Source: an uncultured delta proteobacterium (lineage in GTDB: Bacteria; Desulfobacterota; Binatia; UBA9968). From it: DNA of 64,000 nt. The DNA lies in the NCBI GenBank assembly GCA_963745835.1, contig CAVUZH010000022.1:160001-224000 (forward strand), given 5' to 3'. The notes below the pieces were generated by a model. The model saw nothing but the letters and a program-made list of their open reading frames with translations, was not told the DNA's origin and made no database searches. The position numbers were made by a program, and so were the translations under genes. Position 1 is the stretch's first letter, and every line of letters begins with the position of its first letter. Below are positions 29,647 through 38,603 of the stretch, piece after piece.

Positions 29647-31152
29647 CTAGCGCTGCGGACGGAGCAATGGAAATAAGATAACGTCACGGATAGAGGCCGA
29701 ATTGGTGAAAAACATCACCAGCCGGTCGATGCCGATGCCTTCACCCGCCGCCGGCGGCATCCCATACTCAAGCGCGCGCAGATAATCTTCGTCAATTGGA
29801 TTAGCGGTATCATCTCCCGCGGCGCGCGCCTTCATCTGTTCGACAAACCGCTGCCGCTGGTCCGCCGGATCGTTCAACTCGGAGAAGGCATTGGCCAGCT
29901 CGCGTCCGGCGATAAATAGCTCAAATCGATCCACTAACGCAGGCTTGTTGTCGTTCTTGCGGGCCAGCGGAGAGACTTCAATGGGATATCCGGAAATAAA
30001 TGTCGGCTGGATTATTTTCGCCTCCGCCACCTCTTCGAAAACTTCAACTAACAAAGTACCATAAGGAGCATTGACATCTACCTGCAAGCCCTGACTCTTT
30101 GCGAAGCTTTGCAACCCGCCGATAGTGGCAATTTCTCTTGTCTCAACGCTACCATAAAGCGCGATGGCATCGGCAATGGTCATTCTGCGCCAGGGCGGCT
30201 TCAGATCGATGAGGTGCTCTCCGTAAGGAATCTGAAGGCTGCCGGCCACCTCATTGGCAAGCGAGACAAATAATTCTTCCGTTAGGCGCATGAGATCTTC
30301 GAACGTTGCGTAAGCCTGATAAAATTCCAGCATGGTAAATTCAGGATTATGGCGCACCGAAATTCCTTCATTGCGAAAATTGCGGTTGAGCTCAAAAACT
30401 CTTTCGATACCGCCCACCAGCAGGCGCTTTAAAAACAGCTCGGGGGCAATCCGCAGGGATAGTTCAAGATCGAGGGCGTTATGATGAGTGGTAAACGGCC
30501 GGGCGGCGGCTCCCCCAGGAATTGCCTGCATCATTGGAGTTTCCACTTCGAGAAAATCTCGCTCCTCAAAAAACTTCCGCACTAAACGGAGGATCCGAGA
30601 GCGCGTCTCGAAGACATCCCGCACTTCGGGATTGACCATTAGATCGACATAGCGCTGTCGGTACCTCGCCTCAACATCGGCTAAACCATGCCATTTCTCC
30701 GGCAAAGGCCGGAGACATTTCGCCAGCAGTCGGACGCTTTCAGCTTCGAGGGTCAATTCCTTTGTTTTGGTGCGAAAGAGATGGCCCGATACGCCGACTA
30801 TGTCGCCGACGTCAAACGACTGGAACAAAGCATATCCTTCGTCGCCGAGACGATCTTTGCGCGCGTAGACTTGCAACCTGCCTCTACGATCCTGAAGGTG
30901 AAAGAACGAAGCCTTGCCGAACTTACGTATGCCCATGATGCGCCCGGCCAAGATGATATCCGTTGCCACGCTCGGGAGATCTTCCTCGCTGCACTCGTTG
31001 AACTTGGATATGATTTCCGCTGTGGTGTGATTGGGTCGAAAGTCATTGGGGTAGATTTTGTGACCGGCTTCCCTGAGTTTTGCGAGTTTCTGCCGGCGCA
31101 CTTCAATTTGCTCGCCGGTCTCTTCTACAAGTTCTTTTTCGGACGTCGACAT
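29647..31152 (-). CDS. lysS: Lysine--tRNA ligase (class II)
   Basis: RYRQRYVDL, GGAAARPF, RIAPELFLKR, FRNEG, HNPEF, YGMPPAAG.GIGIDRL. Confidence 0.98.
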   Translation of the reverse strand: MSTSEKELVEETGEQIEVRRQKLAKLREAGHKIYPNDFRPNHTTAEIISKFNECSEEDLPSVATDIILAGRIMGIRKFGKASFFHLQDRRGRLQVYARKDRLGDEGYALFQSFDVGDIVGVSGHLFRTKTKELTLEAESVRLLAKCLRPLPEKWHGLADVEARYRQRYVDLMVNPEVRDVFETRSRILRLVRKFFEERDFLEVETPMMQAIPGGAAARPFTTHHNALDLELSLRIAPELFLKRLLVGGIERVFELNRNFRNEGISVRHNPEFTMLEFYQAYATFEDLMRLTEELFVSLANEVAGSLQIPYGEHLIDLKPPWRRMTIADAIALYGSVETREIATIGGLQSFAKSQGLQVDVNAPYGTLLVEVFEEVAEAKIIQPTFISGYPIEVSPLARKNDNKPALVDRFELFIAGRELANAFSELNDPADQRQRFVEQMKARAAGDDTANPIDEDYLRALEYGMPPAAGEGIGIDRLVMFFTNSASIRDVILFPLLRPQR

Positions 31153-31214
31153 CGGTGTCTGTGAAACGTACTATCGGCAAACGTTGAATTCAACGAGGCA
31201 GTCAGCAGAGAGCT

Positions 31215-32078
31215 CTAGATTCCGAGATTACCGCAGATCGCGCTGACTGAATGCGATTTATTCAAGGAGTAGAAATGCAGGCCTGTAACGCCGAACTGGA
31301 TCAACGCCTCGCATTGACGTGTCGCATATTCGATTCCTAGTTGAATTGCCGCATTATCGTCGTTTTCAACTTTGCTCAACGCTTGCTCTAACTGCGGTGG
31401 AATTCGCGCGCAACATAAAGCCGTAAAGCGGCGGATCTGGGGAGCGGAAACGATCGGCAAAACGCCCGGAATGATCGGCACTTGGATCCCTAGTTTCCTG
31501 ACATCTTCGAAATAGCGGTAATATTGATCGTTATCGAAAAATAATTGGGTGATGATCGCTTGAGCCCCAGCATCAATTTTTTCCTTCAGATAACCCAGAT
31601 CGGAGGCCCTACTTTTAGCTCGCGGATGAATCTCGGGAAAGCCTGCCACGGCAACCGAGAAGTAGCCGAAAGAAATTGCCTCTCGAACCAGTTCCACGGC
31701 ATGCTGGAAACCATCGGGATGCGGCTGCCAATTCGGCATCCCCGCCGGAGGATCCCCACCCAAAGCCAGGACATTTTCCAAACCTTTTTCCTGCAGGCGC
31801 TTGAGGACTCCGCGAGCATCATCCTTGGACTGGCCAACCACGGTCAAATGGCACATGGTTTCGAGACCGCATTCGCGATGAATTCGATCCACAAGATCGA
31901 CGGTTTTTTCGCGCGTGCTTCCGCCAGCCCCGTATGTAACAGAACAAAAAGCGGGTCTCAGCGATTTGATTAATTCGATCTCGCCGAAGAGGGCTTCCTC
32001 GCCTTTGTCTGTTTTTGGAGGAAAAAATTCAACTGAGAGTGTTAACCCGGGCTGGGCATAAAGGTCAGCTAATTTCAC
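31215..32078 (-). CDS. metF: Methylenetetrahydrofolate reductase
   Basis: SVEFFPPK, SVTYGAGGS, HLT, GDPP, ITQLFFD, HFYSLN. Confidence 0.96.
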   Translation of the reverse strand: MKLADLYAQPGLTLSVEFFPPKTDKGEEALFGEIELIKSLRPAFCSVTYGAGGSTREKTVDLVDRIHRECGLETMCHLTVVGQSKDDARGVLKRLQEKGLENVLALGGDPPAGMPNWQPHPDGFQHAVELVREAISFGYFSVAVAGFPEIHPRAKSRASDLGYLKEKIDAGAQAIITQLFFDNDQYYRYFEDVRKLGIQVPIIPGVLPIVSAPQIRRFTALCCARIPPQLEQALSKVENDDNAAIQLGIEYATRQCEALIQFGVTGLHFYSLNKSHSVSAICGNLGI

Positions 32079-32175
32079 TAAGGAATATTCCTGATGAATA
32101 CCGTAGCCGGATTAACTACTAATAACACAAGGTTATAAGAGATCACAACCGGGATGGCGAGACGGAGGGAGAGTT

Positions 32176-32583
32176 TCAGGAGCCGGTTGCCTTGCGGCGC
32201 GCGTCGATGGGATCGCACCCGGAACCGCCCTGACCTGTAATTAGAGGCCGAAGATCTTCTGTATGTTTTAACCACGCCTCTTTGATGTTCTCGGCAACCT
32301 CATACAACTCCAGGGTCTCTTTTAAAATCTGCTTGCGCCGAGCGAAGTGACCTCCCATGATTGGGTGCCGGGCATGCGCCCGGTCCAACGGCCGTCCCTG
32401 GTATTCTACACTGGCTCCTAGGAAACCGGCCGCAAGTTGGTATTCCATCTCCTTAATGCGGTCTTTGTCGGCTTTGCGAAAGAAAAACCCGATCATCCGG
32501 TCGGCAAAAACCCGGTCGATGAATGTGTCAATAATTTTTCTGAGTTTGAGCTCGCCGCCAAGCTGGTCGAAGAGATTCTCCAT
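32176..32583 (-). CDS. Group I truncated hemoglobin
   Basis: LFDQLGG, DRVFAD..IGFFF, YQGRPLDRAH (proximal His), HF. Confidence 0.85.
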   Translation of the reverse strand: MENLFDQLGGELKLRKIIDTFIDRVFADRMIGFFFRKADKDRIKEMEYQLAAGFLGASVEYQGRPLDRAHARHPIMGGHFARRKQILKETLELYEVAENIKEAWLKHTEDLRPLITGQGGSGCDPIDARRKATGS

Positions 32584-32621
32584 AGATCGATTTTGATTAT
32601 ACAGCCGCGGCTGCCGGGCGC

Positions 32622-32942
32622 CTACATCATCCCAAGCTGAAGCCGTGCCGCCTCAGACATTTTGCTCGGATCCCACGGCGGATCCCAGACCAAGTCAATT
32701 TTGACGTCACTCACCCCAGAAACAGCCTTGACCTTCTCTTCAATTTCGGCTGGCATAGATTGGGCGGCCGGACAGTGAGGCGAAGTCAGAGTCATGGTGA
32801 TTGTTACCGCGCCACCCTCTTCAACGTTGACGTTGTAAATTAGCCCCAACTCATAAATATTAACAGGAATCTCGGGGTCGAAACAGGTTCTTAGTGCCTC
32901 CAAGACTTGGGCTTCAATAACCAGTTCGTTGATACTTTCCAT
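32622..32942 (-). CDS. DUF59/MIP18 Fe-S assembly protein
   Basis: DPEIPVNIYELGLIY, MTLTSPHCP, LVWDPPW, MSEAARLQLG. Confidence 0.93.
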   Translation of the reverse strand: MESINELVIEAQVLEALRTCFDPEIPVNIYELGLIYNVNVEEGGAVTITMTLTSPHCPAAQSMPAEIEEKVKAVSGVSDVKIDLVWDPPWDPSKMSEAARLQLGMM

Positions 32943-32973
32943 AGTTCACTCCAAAATATGCTACGACAGCTAC

Positions 32974-33528
32974 TTATTCCATTCCCAATTGCAGCTTCGC
33001 GGCTGCAGAGATACGGCTTTGGCTCCAGGGCGGATCCCAGACTAACTCGACGTCGGCTTCCCGTACGCCTGGAACGGCGAGCAACTTGGCCGCGATATCT
33101 CGCTTCAAAACCTCTCCCATCCCACATCCGCGAGCAGTCAGCGTAAATTTAACGCTGGCCCGATAAGCGTTTTCTATGGGGGTCACCGAGCAGTCATAGA
33201 TCAGCCCTAGCTCGACGATATTGACGGGGATCTCGGGGTCAAAGCAAGATCTTAACTGTTCCCAGACGCGGCTCTCGACTGCTTCGATATCATTCGCCAA
33301 ATAGTCCTGGCCAGATTCTCCATCCAGTACCGACTCCAGGCCGATAGCATCGGCGTCTTTTCCCTCGAGACGAACCGTATAACCCCGGTCGGTCATTACC
33401 GTATAACTGCCGCCTAAAGACTGAGTCAGCCATACGGTGCTACCGGAGACCAACTTCAACTTTTCTCCGCTTGGAACCATCAGCACATCACAATCGCGCT
33501 TGACGGTAATGGGTTTTTCAGGTTGCAT
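32974..33528 (-). CDS. sufT: Putative Fe-S cluster assembly protein SufT (long DUF59 form)
   Basis: TQSLGGSYTV, G.DADAIG, DPEIPVNIVELGLIY, TLTARGCGMG, VWDPPW. Confidence 0.92.
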   Translation of the reverse strand: MQPEKPITVKRDCDVLMVPSGEKLKLVSGSTVWLTQSLGGSYTVMTDRGYTVRLEGKDADAIGLESVLDGESGQDYLANDIEAVESRVWEQLRSCFDPEIPVNIVELGLIYDCSVTPIENAYRASVKFTLTARGCGMGEVLKRDIAAKLLAVPGVREADVELVWDPPWSQSRISAAAKLQLGME

Positions 33529-33555
33529 GCCATCTCCCTCCTGCGCCGTGCAGCA

Positions 33556-34011
33556 TCACTCTGTTGAAGCAACCTTGTCGCTTCCCTTCAATGCCGCATT
33601 CATAGTATGCCAAGCCAAACTGGCGCATTTCACTCGCGCCGGGAATTTGCATACTCCCGACAATATCTTTAGTTTACCAAGGCGTTCGAGATCGCTTTCC
33701 TCCGCACCCGCCTCACCCGTAAGCATCTTGTGGACAGTGTCAAACACTCTTTCCGCTTCAGCCTCCGACTTGCCCTTCAGCTCGGTAGTCATCATTGAAG
33801 CGGATGCCTTGGAGATGGCGCACCCGGATCCCTTGAAGCTGATGTCCCGAATCACTCCGTCTGCCAAGTTAACAAAGACCGTCACGTGGTCGCCGCACAG
33901 AGGGTTGTAGCCTTCGGATCGGCGATTGGCATCCACTATCTCACGGAAGTTACGTGGACTTTTGTTGTGATCCAAGATCACTTCTTGGTAAAGCTCATCC
34001 AATTCTGACAT
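33556..34011 (-). CDS. sufU: SUF system NifU-family protein
   Basis: LYQEVILDH...PRNF, NPLCGD, GCAISKASAS, PARVKCA.LAWH. Confidence 0.95.
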   Translation of the reverse strand: MSELDELYQEVILDHNKSPRNFREIVDANRRSEGYNPLCGDHVTVFVNLADGVIRDISFKGSGCAISKASASMMTTELKGKSEAEAERVFDTVHKMLTGEAGAEESDLERLGKLKILSGVCKFPARVKCASLAWHTMNAALKGSDKVASTE

Positions 34012-35273
34012 TAACTAAATACCTTCAACACTCGATGAATTCCTCGCACCAGCGCGTCCACGTCGTCACGATTGTTGTAGAAAGCAAAGGATGCGCGTGC
34101 CGTTGCCGGCACGCCGAATCGCTGCATCACCGGCATGGCGCAATGATGTCCAGCTCGTATGGCGACTCCTTCTTGGTCGAGAATGGTGCCGACGTCATGG
34201 GCGTGGATATGATCGGAAACAAATGACAGAACGCCGGCTTTGTCCTTGGCTGAACCGATTATCCTGATTGATTCGATCTCCGACAGCGCATTCGTTGCGT
34301 ATGCGAGCAGGTCGCTTTCGTGCGCGCAAACCTCATCCCAGTTAAGGCCATTCAAATAGTCGATCGCCGCTCCCAATCCTATACCGCCTGCGATGTTGGG
34401 CGTCCCGGCTTCAAACTTATAGGGTAGCACATTGTAGTGAGTCTTCTCGAAAGTCACCAAGCTGATCATATCCCCGCCACCCTGATAAGGCGGCATAGCG
34501 TCTAACAGCTCGGCCTTTCCATAAAGCACTCCGACGCCGGTAGGTCCGAAAAGCTTATGGCCCGAAAAAGCGTAAAAATCGCAGCCGATATCCTGAACAT
34601 CCACTTTGAAATGTGGCACCGCTTGCGCGCCATCCAATAACACTGGGACGGCTCGCTCATGCGCCAGCCGAACGGCTTCTTTCACAGGCACGATGCTCCC
34701 CAGAGCATTCGATACATGTGTGAGCGAGACCAGTTTAGTGTTCTCGTTTAATAGACGGCGATATTCATCGAGAACAAACTCGCCATCATGATTGATCGGG
34801 ACGACACGTAGGCGCGCACCGATTTGGCCGCATAGGATTTGCCAGGGAACGATATTGGAATGATGCTCCATGGCTGAGATGACGATTTCATCGCCAGCTT
34901 TTAGAAAGCTTCTTCCGTAGCTTTGCGCCACCAGATTGATCGCTTCCGTGGTCCCTCGCACGAAAATAATCTCGTTCCCGCCTTCAGCGTTGATAAACTG
35001 ACGGATCTTTTCTCGCGCCGCCTCATAATTTGCGGTTGCGCGCTCGCTAAGATAATGCACGCCACGATGAATGTTGGAGTTTTCCGACTTGTAGTAACGA
35101 TTCAGGGCGTCGATGACGACCTGCGGCTTCTGACTGGTAGCGCCGTTATCGAGATAAACCAACGGCTTGCCATGAACCCGCTCTTTGAGGATCGGAAAAT
35201 CTCGTCGAATCTTATCGACGTTGAAACTCTCAGTGCCCGACTGCGGCGATCGTTTTTCCCGAGCAGCTTTCAT
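34011..35273 (-). CDS. sufS: Cysteine desulfurase
   Basis: YLDNGATSQKP, NIHRGVH, FSGHK, EAGTP, RAGHHCA. Confidence 0.96.
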   Translation of the reverse strand: MKAAREKRSPQSGTESFNVDKIRRDFPILKERVHGKPLVYLDNGATSQKPQVVIDALNRYYKSENSNIHRGVHYLSERATANYEAAREKIRQFINAEGGNEIIFVRGTTEAINLVAQSYGRSFLKAGDEIVISAMEHHSNIVPWQILCGQIGARLRVVPINHDGEFVLDEYRRLLNENTKLVSLTHVSNALGSIVPVKEAVRLAHERAVPVLLDGAQAVPHFKVDVQDIGCDFYAFSGHKLFGPTGVGVLYGKAELLDAMPPYQGGGDMISLVTFEKTHYNVLPYKFEAGTPNIAGGIGLGAAIDYLNGLNWDEVCAHESDLLAYATNALSEIESIRIIGSAKDKAGVLSFVSDHIHAHDVGTILDQEGVAIRAGHHCAMPVMQRFGVPATARASFAFYNNRDDVDALVRGIHRVLKVFS

Positions 35274-35277
35274 GTTC

Positions 35278-36597
35278 TTAGCTTTGGCTCCGTTTAAACT
35301 TTGTAAGCATGTAATCATCCAGCCGTGCCCGAAGCGGTGCGATGCGCACTCGCCCGACGAGATCACTGGCAAACGCGTAGCTCAGAAGACTCTGGGCCTC
35401 GGCTCTATCCAAGCCGCGGGACCTGAGATAAAAAAGCGCATCTTTGTCGAGTTGTCCAATTGTAGAGCCGTGGCTGCACTTCACATCATCGGCGTGGATT
35501 TCCAACTGCGGCTTGGTGTTTACTACCGCATGTTCAGAGAGTAGCAAGTTCTTATTGGTCTGCCGAGCGTCCGTTTTCTGAGCGTCTTTATGCACGAGAA
35601 TCTTGCCGTTGAACACCGCGTGGGCGGCACCGCTGAGAATCCCTTTATATAGTTCCTGGCTAGTTGCACGCGGCTTGGCATGTTCAATTTCGGTGTGATT
35701 GTCGACATGCTGATTGTCAGCGGGCAGGTAAAGACCGTTCAACACACATTCAGATCCTTCCCCGTCAAGCAGCACATGGATATCGTTGCGGATGAGTGCA
35801 CCGTTGAGAGTCACGGAATGGGCCGTAAAGCTGCAATCGCGGCCGACATTCGCCTCCAGAGCGGCGATGAGATAACCGGAGCTCGATTCATTCTGCAGAC
35901 GGTAATGATCGATGACCGACCCGGCTCCACCAACAACCTCCGTGACGACATTAGTTAGAGTCGGCTGCTCGCCCAGACCGATGTAGGCTTCGACGATACG
36001 CGCTTGGCTTCCCGCTTCGAAAACAATCAAATTCCGCGGGTGCGACATGACCGGATTGCTGCTTCCGAACGAACAGAAAACCAGATAGATCGGTTCGTTC
36101 AGCGCAAGGTCTTTTGGAATCGATATGACCGCGCCCTCTGCGGCAAACGCCGTATTCAAAGCAACGAAAGGCTGCTCGCGAGACACCGAGTTTTCGGTTA
36201 AATGAGGCCTGAGAGTTGAATCATTGGCTGACAATATTGCCGCAAGATTTTTTACCTGCACCCCTGTCGGCAGCTCGCGGATGGATGAAAATTGCGGGCA
36301 AAAGACCCCATTTACGAAGACAATTCGATTGTACGCCGGGTCGGTGAAGGACGGGCCATAGAGATCTTCCGTCCGCAACAGTTTGGCTTCTCCGTTAGCT
36401 GCCGCGAAATTAGTCGAGACGATGGGCTCGACGCTGGTATAGCGCCAGTCTTCATGACGTGTGGTCGGAAGTCCCAATTGAACGAAGCTGTCAATCGCTG
36501 TTCGTCGTAAGTCCTTCAACCATTCGGGCGTTGTCGCGGATTTCTGTTGAAACCGCTCGAAAGCAGAAAGGAATTGCTGGGTGCGGGAATTGACCAT
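35278..36597 (-). CDS. sufD: Fe-S cluster assembly protein SufD
   Basis: EDWRYT, ALNTAF, AQKTDARQ..KNLLLS, KPQLEIHADDVKCSHG, LFYLRSRG (SufD-type, not SufB). Confidence 0.93.
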   Translation of the reverse strand: MVNSRTQQFLSAFERFQQKSATTPEWLKDLRRTAIDSFVQLGLPTTRHEDWRYTSVEPIVSTNFAAANGEAKLLRTEDLYGPSFTDPAYNRIVFVNGVFCPQFSSIRELPTGVQVKNLAAILSANDSTLRPHLTENSVSREQPFVALNTAFAAEGAVISIPKDLALNEPIYLVFCSFGSSNPVMSHPRNLIVFEAGSQARIVEAYIGLGEQPTLTNVVTEVVGGAGSVIDHYRLQNESSSGYLIAALEANVGRDCSFTAHSVTLNGALIRNDIHVLLDGEGSECVLNGLYLPADNQHVDNHTEIEHAKPRATSQELYKGILSGAAHAVFNGKILVHKDAQKTDARQTNKNLLLSEHAVVNTKPQLEIHADDVKCSHGSTIGQLDKDALFYLRSRGLDRAEAQSLLSYAFASDLVGRVRIAPLRARLDDYMLTKFKRSQS

Positions 36598-36617
36598 TAC
36601 TTGACTTCTCGAACCGT

Positions 36618-37376
36618 TTATTGCGCAGCCGCCGCTTCGGCCTTGATCCAGTCGTAGCCTTTAACTTCAAGCTCAAGCGCTAGTTCCTTAGTGCCGGATT
36701 TAACGATTCTTCCGTCATGGAGAACGTGAATATAATCTGGCACGATGTAGTTCAACAAACGTTGATAATGCGTGATCACGATCATCGCACGGTCCTTTTT
36801 TCGCAACGCATTGACCCCACCGGCGACGATCCTCAGCGCGTCGATGTCGAGTCCGGAATCGGTTTCATCGAGAATTGCCAGCTTTGGGTCCAGTACGGCC
36901 ATTTGCACAATCTCATTGCGCTTTTTCTCACCGCCGGAGAATCCTTCATTCAGAGGCCGATTAAGCAGAGCTTGATCCATCTCGACCAATTTCATTTTTT
37001 CTTTGATTAACGAAAGAAACTCCATGGCATCCAATTCATCTAGCCCTTGATGCTTGCGTACGGCATTCAAAGCAGCTTTAAGAAAATAAGTGGTGCTGAC
37101 TCCAGGAATCTCTACGGGGTATTGAAAGGCCAGAAAAATTCCCTCGCGCGCTCTCTCCTCTGGGCTCATCTCCAACAGATTTTTGCCGTTGTAAAGAATC
37201 TCACCATCCGTGACTTGATAGTTTTCCCGCCCCGACAGCACGTGAGCCAGCGTGCTCTTGCCTGAGCCATTCGGTCCCATAATTCCGTGCACTTCCCCGG
37301 CGCCGACGGTCAGATTGATTCCGCGGAGAATTTCCTGCTCGCCAACCGTGGCCCTGAGATTCTTAATTTCCAACAT
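36618..37376 (-). CDS. sufC: Fe-S cluster assembly ATPase SufC
   Basis: GPNGSGKST, AFQYPVEIPGV, NEGFSGGEKKRNE, DETDSGLDID, THYQRLL. Confidence 0.98.
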   Translation of the reverse strand: MLEIKNLRATVGEQEILRGINLTVGAGEVHGIMGPNGSGKSTLAHVLSGRENYQVTDGEILYNGKNLLEMSPEERAREGIFLAFQYPVEIPGVSTTYFLKAALNAVRKHQGLDELDAMEFLSLIKEKMKLVEMDQALLNRPLNEGFSGGEKKRNEIVQMAVLDPKLAILDETDSGLDIDALRIVAGGVNALRKKDRAMIVITHYQRLLNYIVPDYIHVLHDGRIVKSGTKELALELEVKGYDWIKAEAAAAQ

Positions 37377-37397
37377 TGAATTCCTTCCAAGCCCAAA

Positions 37398-37850
37398 TCA
37401 GCCAACTCTCTGGATGGCTGCTTTTTCCAAGCGCTCCTTGAGGCCGTGCCTATCGGCGATCTCGCGAATCGAAACTCCGCCAAGAAACTTAGCCAGTATC
37501 GCCTGGGCTTCTTGCCAAATTGATTTTTGCGAGCACACCGAACAATACGAGCAGTAATCAGCCCCCTTTTCCAAGCATTCCATCAGCACTAAGGGTCGCT
37601 CAACGACTTCGTAGACATTTTTGATGCTGATTGTGTTCGGCGCTTTCGCCAGCGTGAAGCCGCCCTTGGATCCGATGTGCGAAGAGACCAGTCCCCCAGC
37701 GACGAGATCCTTCATGATCTTTGAAAGATAGAACGACGGAATATCCTGGCTCTTTTCGATATCTGCCCGGCTGACGATCTTGCCGGAAGGCTGCCCCGCT
37801 AGATAGGCGAGGGCGCGAACCGCGTAATCCACGCGTCGTCCGACGTTCAT
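37398..37850 (-). CDS. Rrf2 family transcriptional regulator (IscR/NsrR-like)
   Basis: DYAVRAL, YLSKIM..L, GSKGGFTL, and the Cys cluster ECL...C..C..C. The start could be 37889. Confidence 0.92.
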   Translation of the reverse strand: MNVGRRVDYAVRALAYLAGQPSGKIVSRADIEKSQDIPSFYLSKIMKDLVAGGLVSSHIGSKGGFTLAKAPNTISIKNVYEVVERPLVLMECLEKGADYCSYCSVCSQKSIWQEAQAILAKFLGGVSIREIADRHGLKERLEKAAIQRVG

Positions 37851-37899
37851 CAACGAACTGCGTTCGCTCCTCGCCCTGGGTTTCTTCATGTGCTATCTG

Positions 37900-37929
37900 A
37901 ATATAGACTCCTTAGGTCTTTTATGTCAA
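37900..37929 (-). promoter_or_regulatory. Sigma70-type promoter of the suf operon with a palindromic operator in the spacer
   Basis: The minus strand reads TTGACA-taaaagacctaaggagtc-TATATT (18-nt spacer). The inverted repeat AGAC-N7-GTCT overlaps the spacer. Confidence 0.7.
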
Positions 37930-38013
37930 GGTAGCGCACTCGTTGATTTATACAGTGAGTGACACGCTTCCGCGCGCCCCACCTCTATGCTATGAGATTT
38001 CAATTAGGAACCT

Positions 38014-38547
38014 ATGTCGATCCTTAAAGTTGCGCGCCTCGGCCATCCGGTTTTGCGTAAAGTAGCCGAACCGCTTTCGGAAAAAGAACTCCGGTCCGAT
38101 GTCACTCGTCAGTTTATCAGTGATATGATCGAAACCATGAAGGAATACGACGGCGTCGGTCTGGCCGCCGATCAGGTTCATGTCTCGAAACAGATCGCCG
38201 TCCTTGAAGTCGCCGACAACCCGCGTTACCCCGGAAAACCTCTGGTGCCGTTGACCGTCCTGATCAATCCCATCATCACACCGCTCACGGAAGAGTTTGA
38301 AGACGATTGGGAAGGTTGTCTCAGCATTCCCGATATGCGAGGTAAAGTGCCGCGCTACAAATCCATCAGAGTCCAAGCCTTGGACCCTAACGGCGCGCCC
38401 TTGGATTTTGTCGCCAGCGGGTTTCATGCCCGCGTGGTTCAGCATGAGTGGGATCACCTGAACGGTAAAGTTTACCTCGACCGCATGCCGGACTTGTCGA
38501 CCCTCAGTTTTATCACCGAGTTTGCCCGCTACTGGCTTGGTAAATAG
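38014..38547 (+). CDS. def: Peptide deformylase
   Basis: GVGLAA.Q, EGCLS, QHEWDHL.G. Confidence 0.97.
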   Translation: MSILKVARLGHPVLRKVAEPLSEKELRSDVTRQFISDMIETMKEYDGVGLAADQVHVSKQIAVLEVADNPRYPGKPLVPLTVLINPIITPLTEEFEDDWEGCLSIPDMRGKVPRYKSIRVQALDPNGAPLDFVASGFHARVVQHEWDHLNGKVYLDRMPDLSTLSFITEFARYWLGK

Positions 38548-38603
38548 CTACGGCTGGAACTCGATTGATTGTCTTTGAAAAAGTGAAAGGATAGAGTCGC
38601 GCC

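Noticed and set aside
32079-32175. SAM riboswitch upstream of metF
   Set aside because: The minus strand has CTCTTAT but not the following CAAGAG, kink-turn or GCAACC core of SAM-I, and the gap is under 100 bp.
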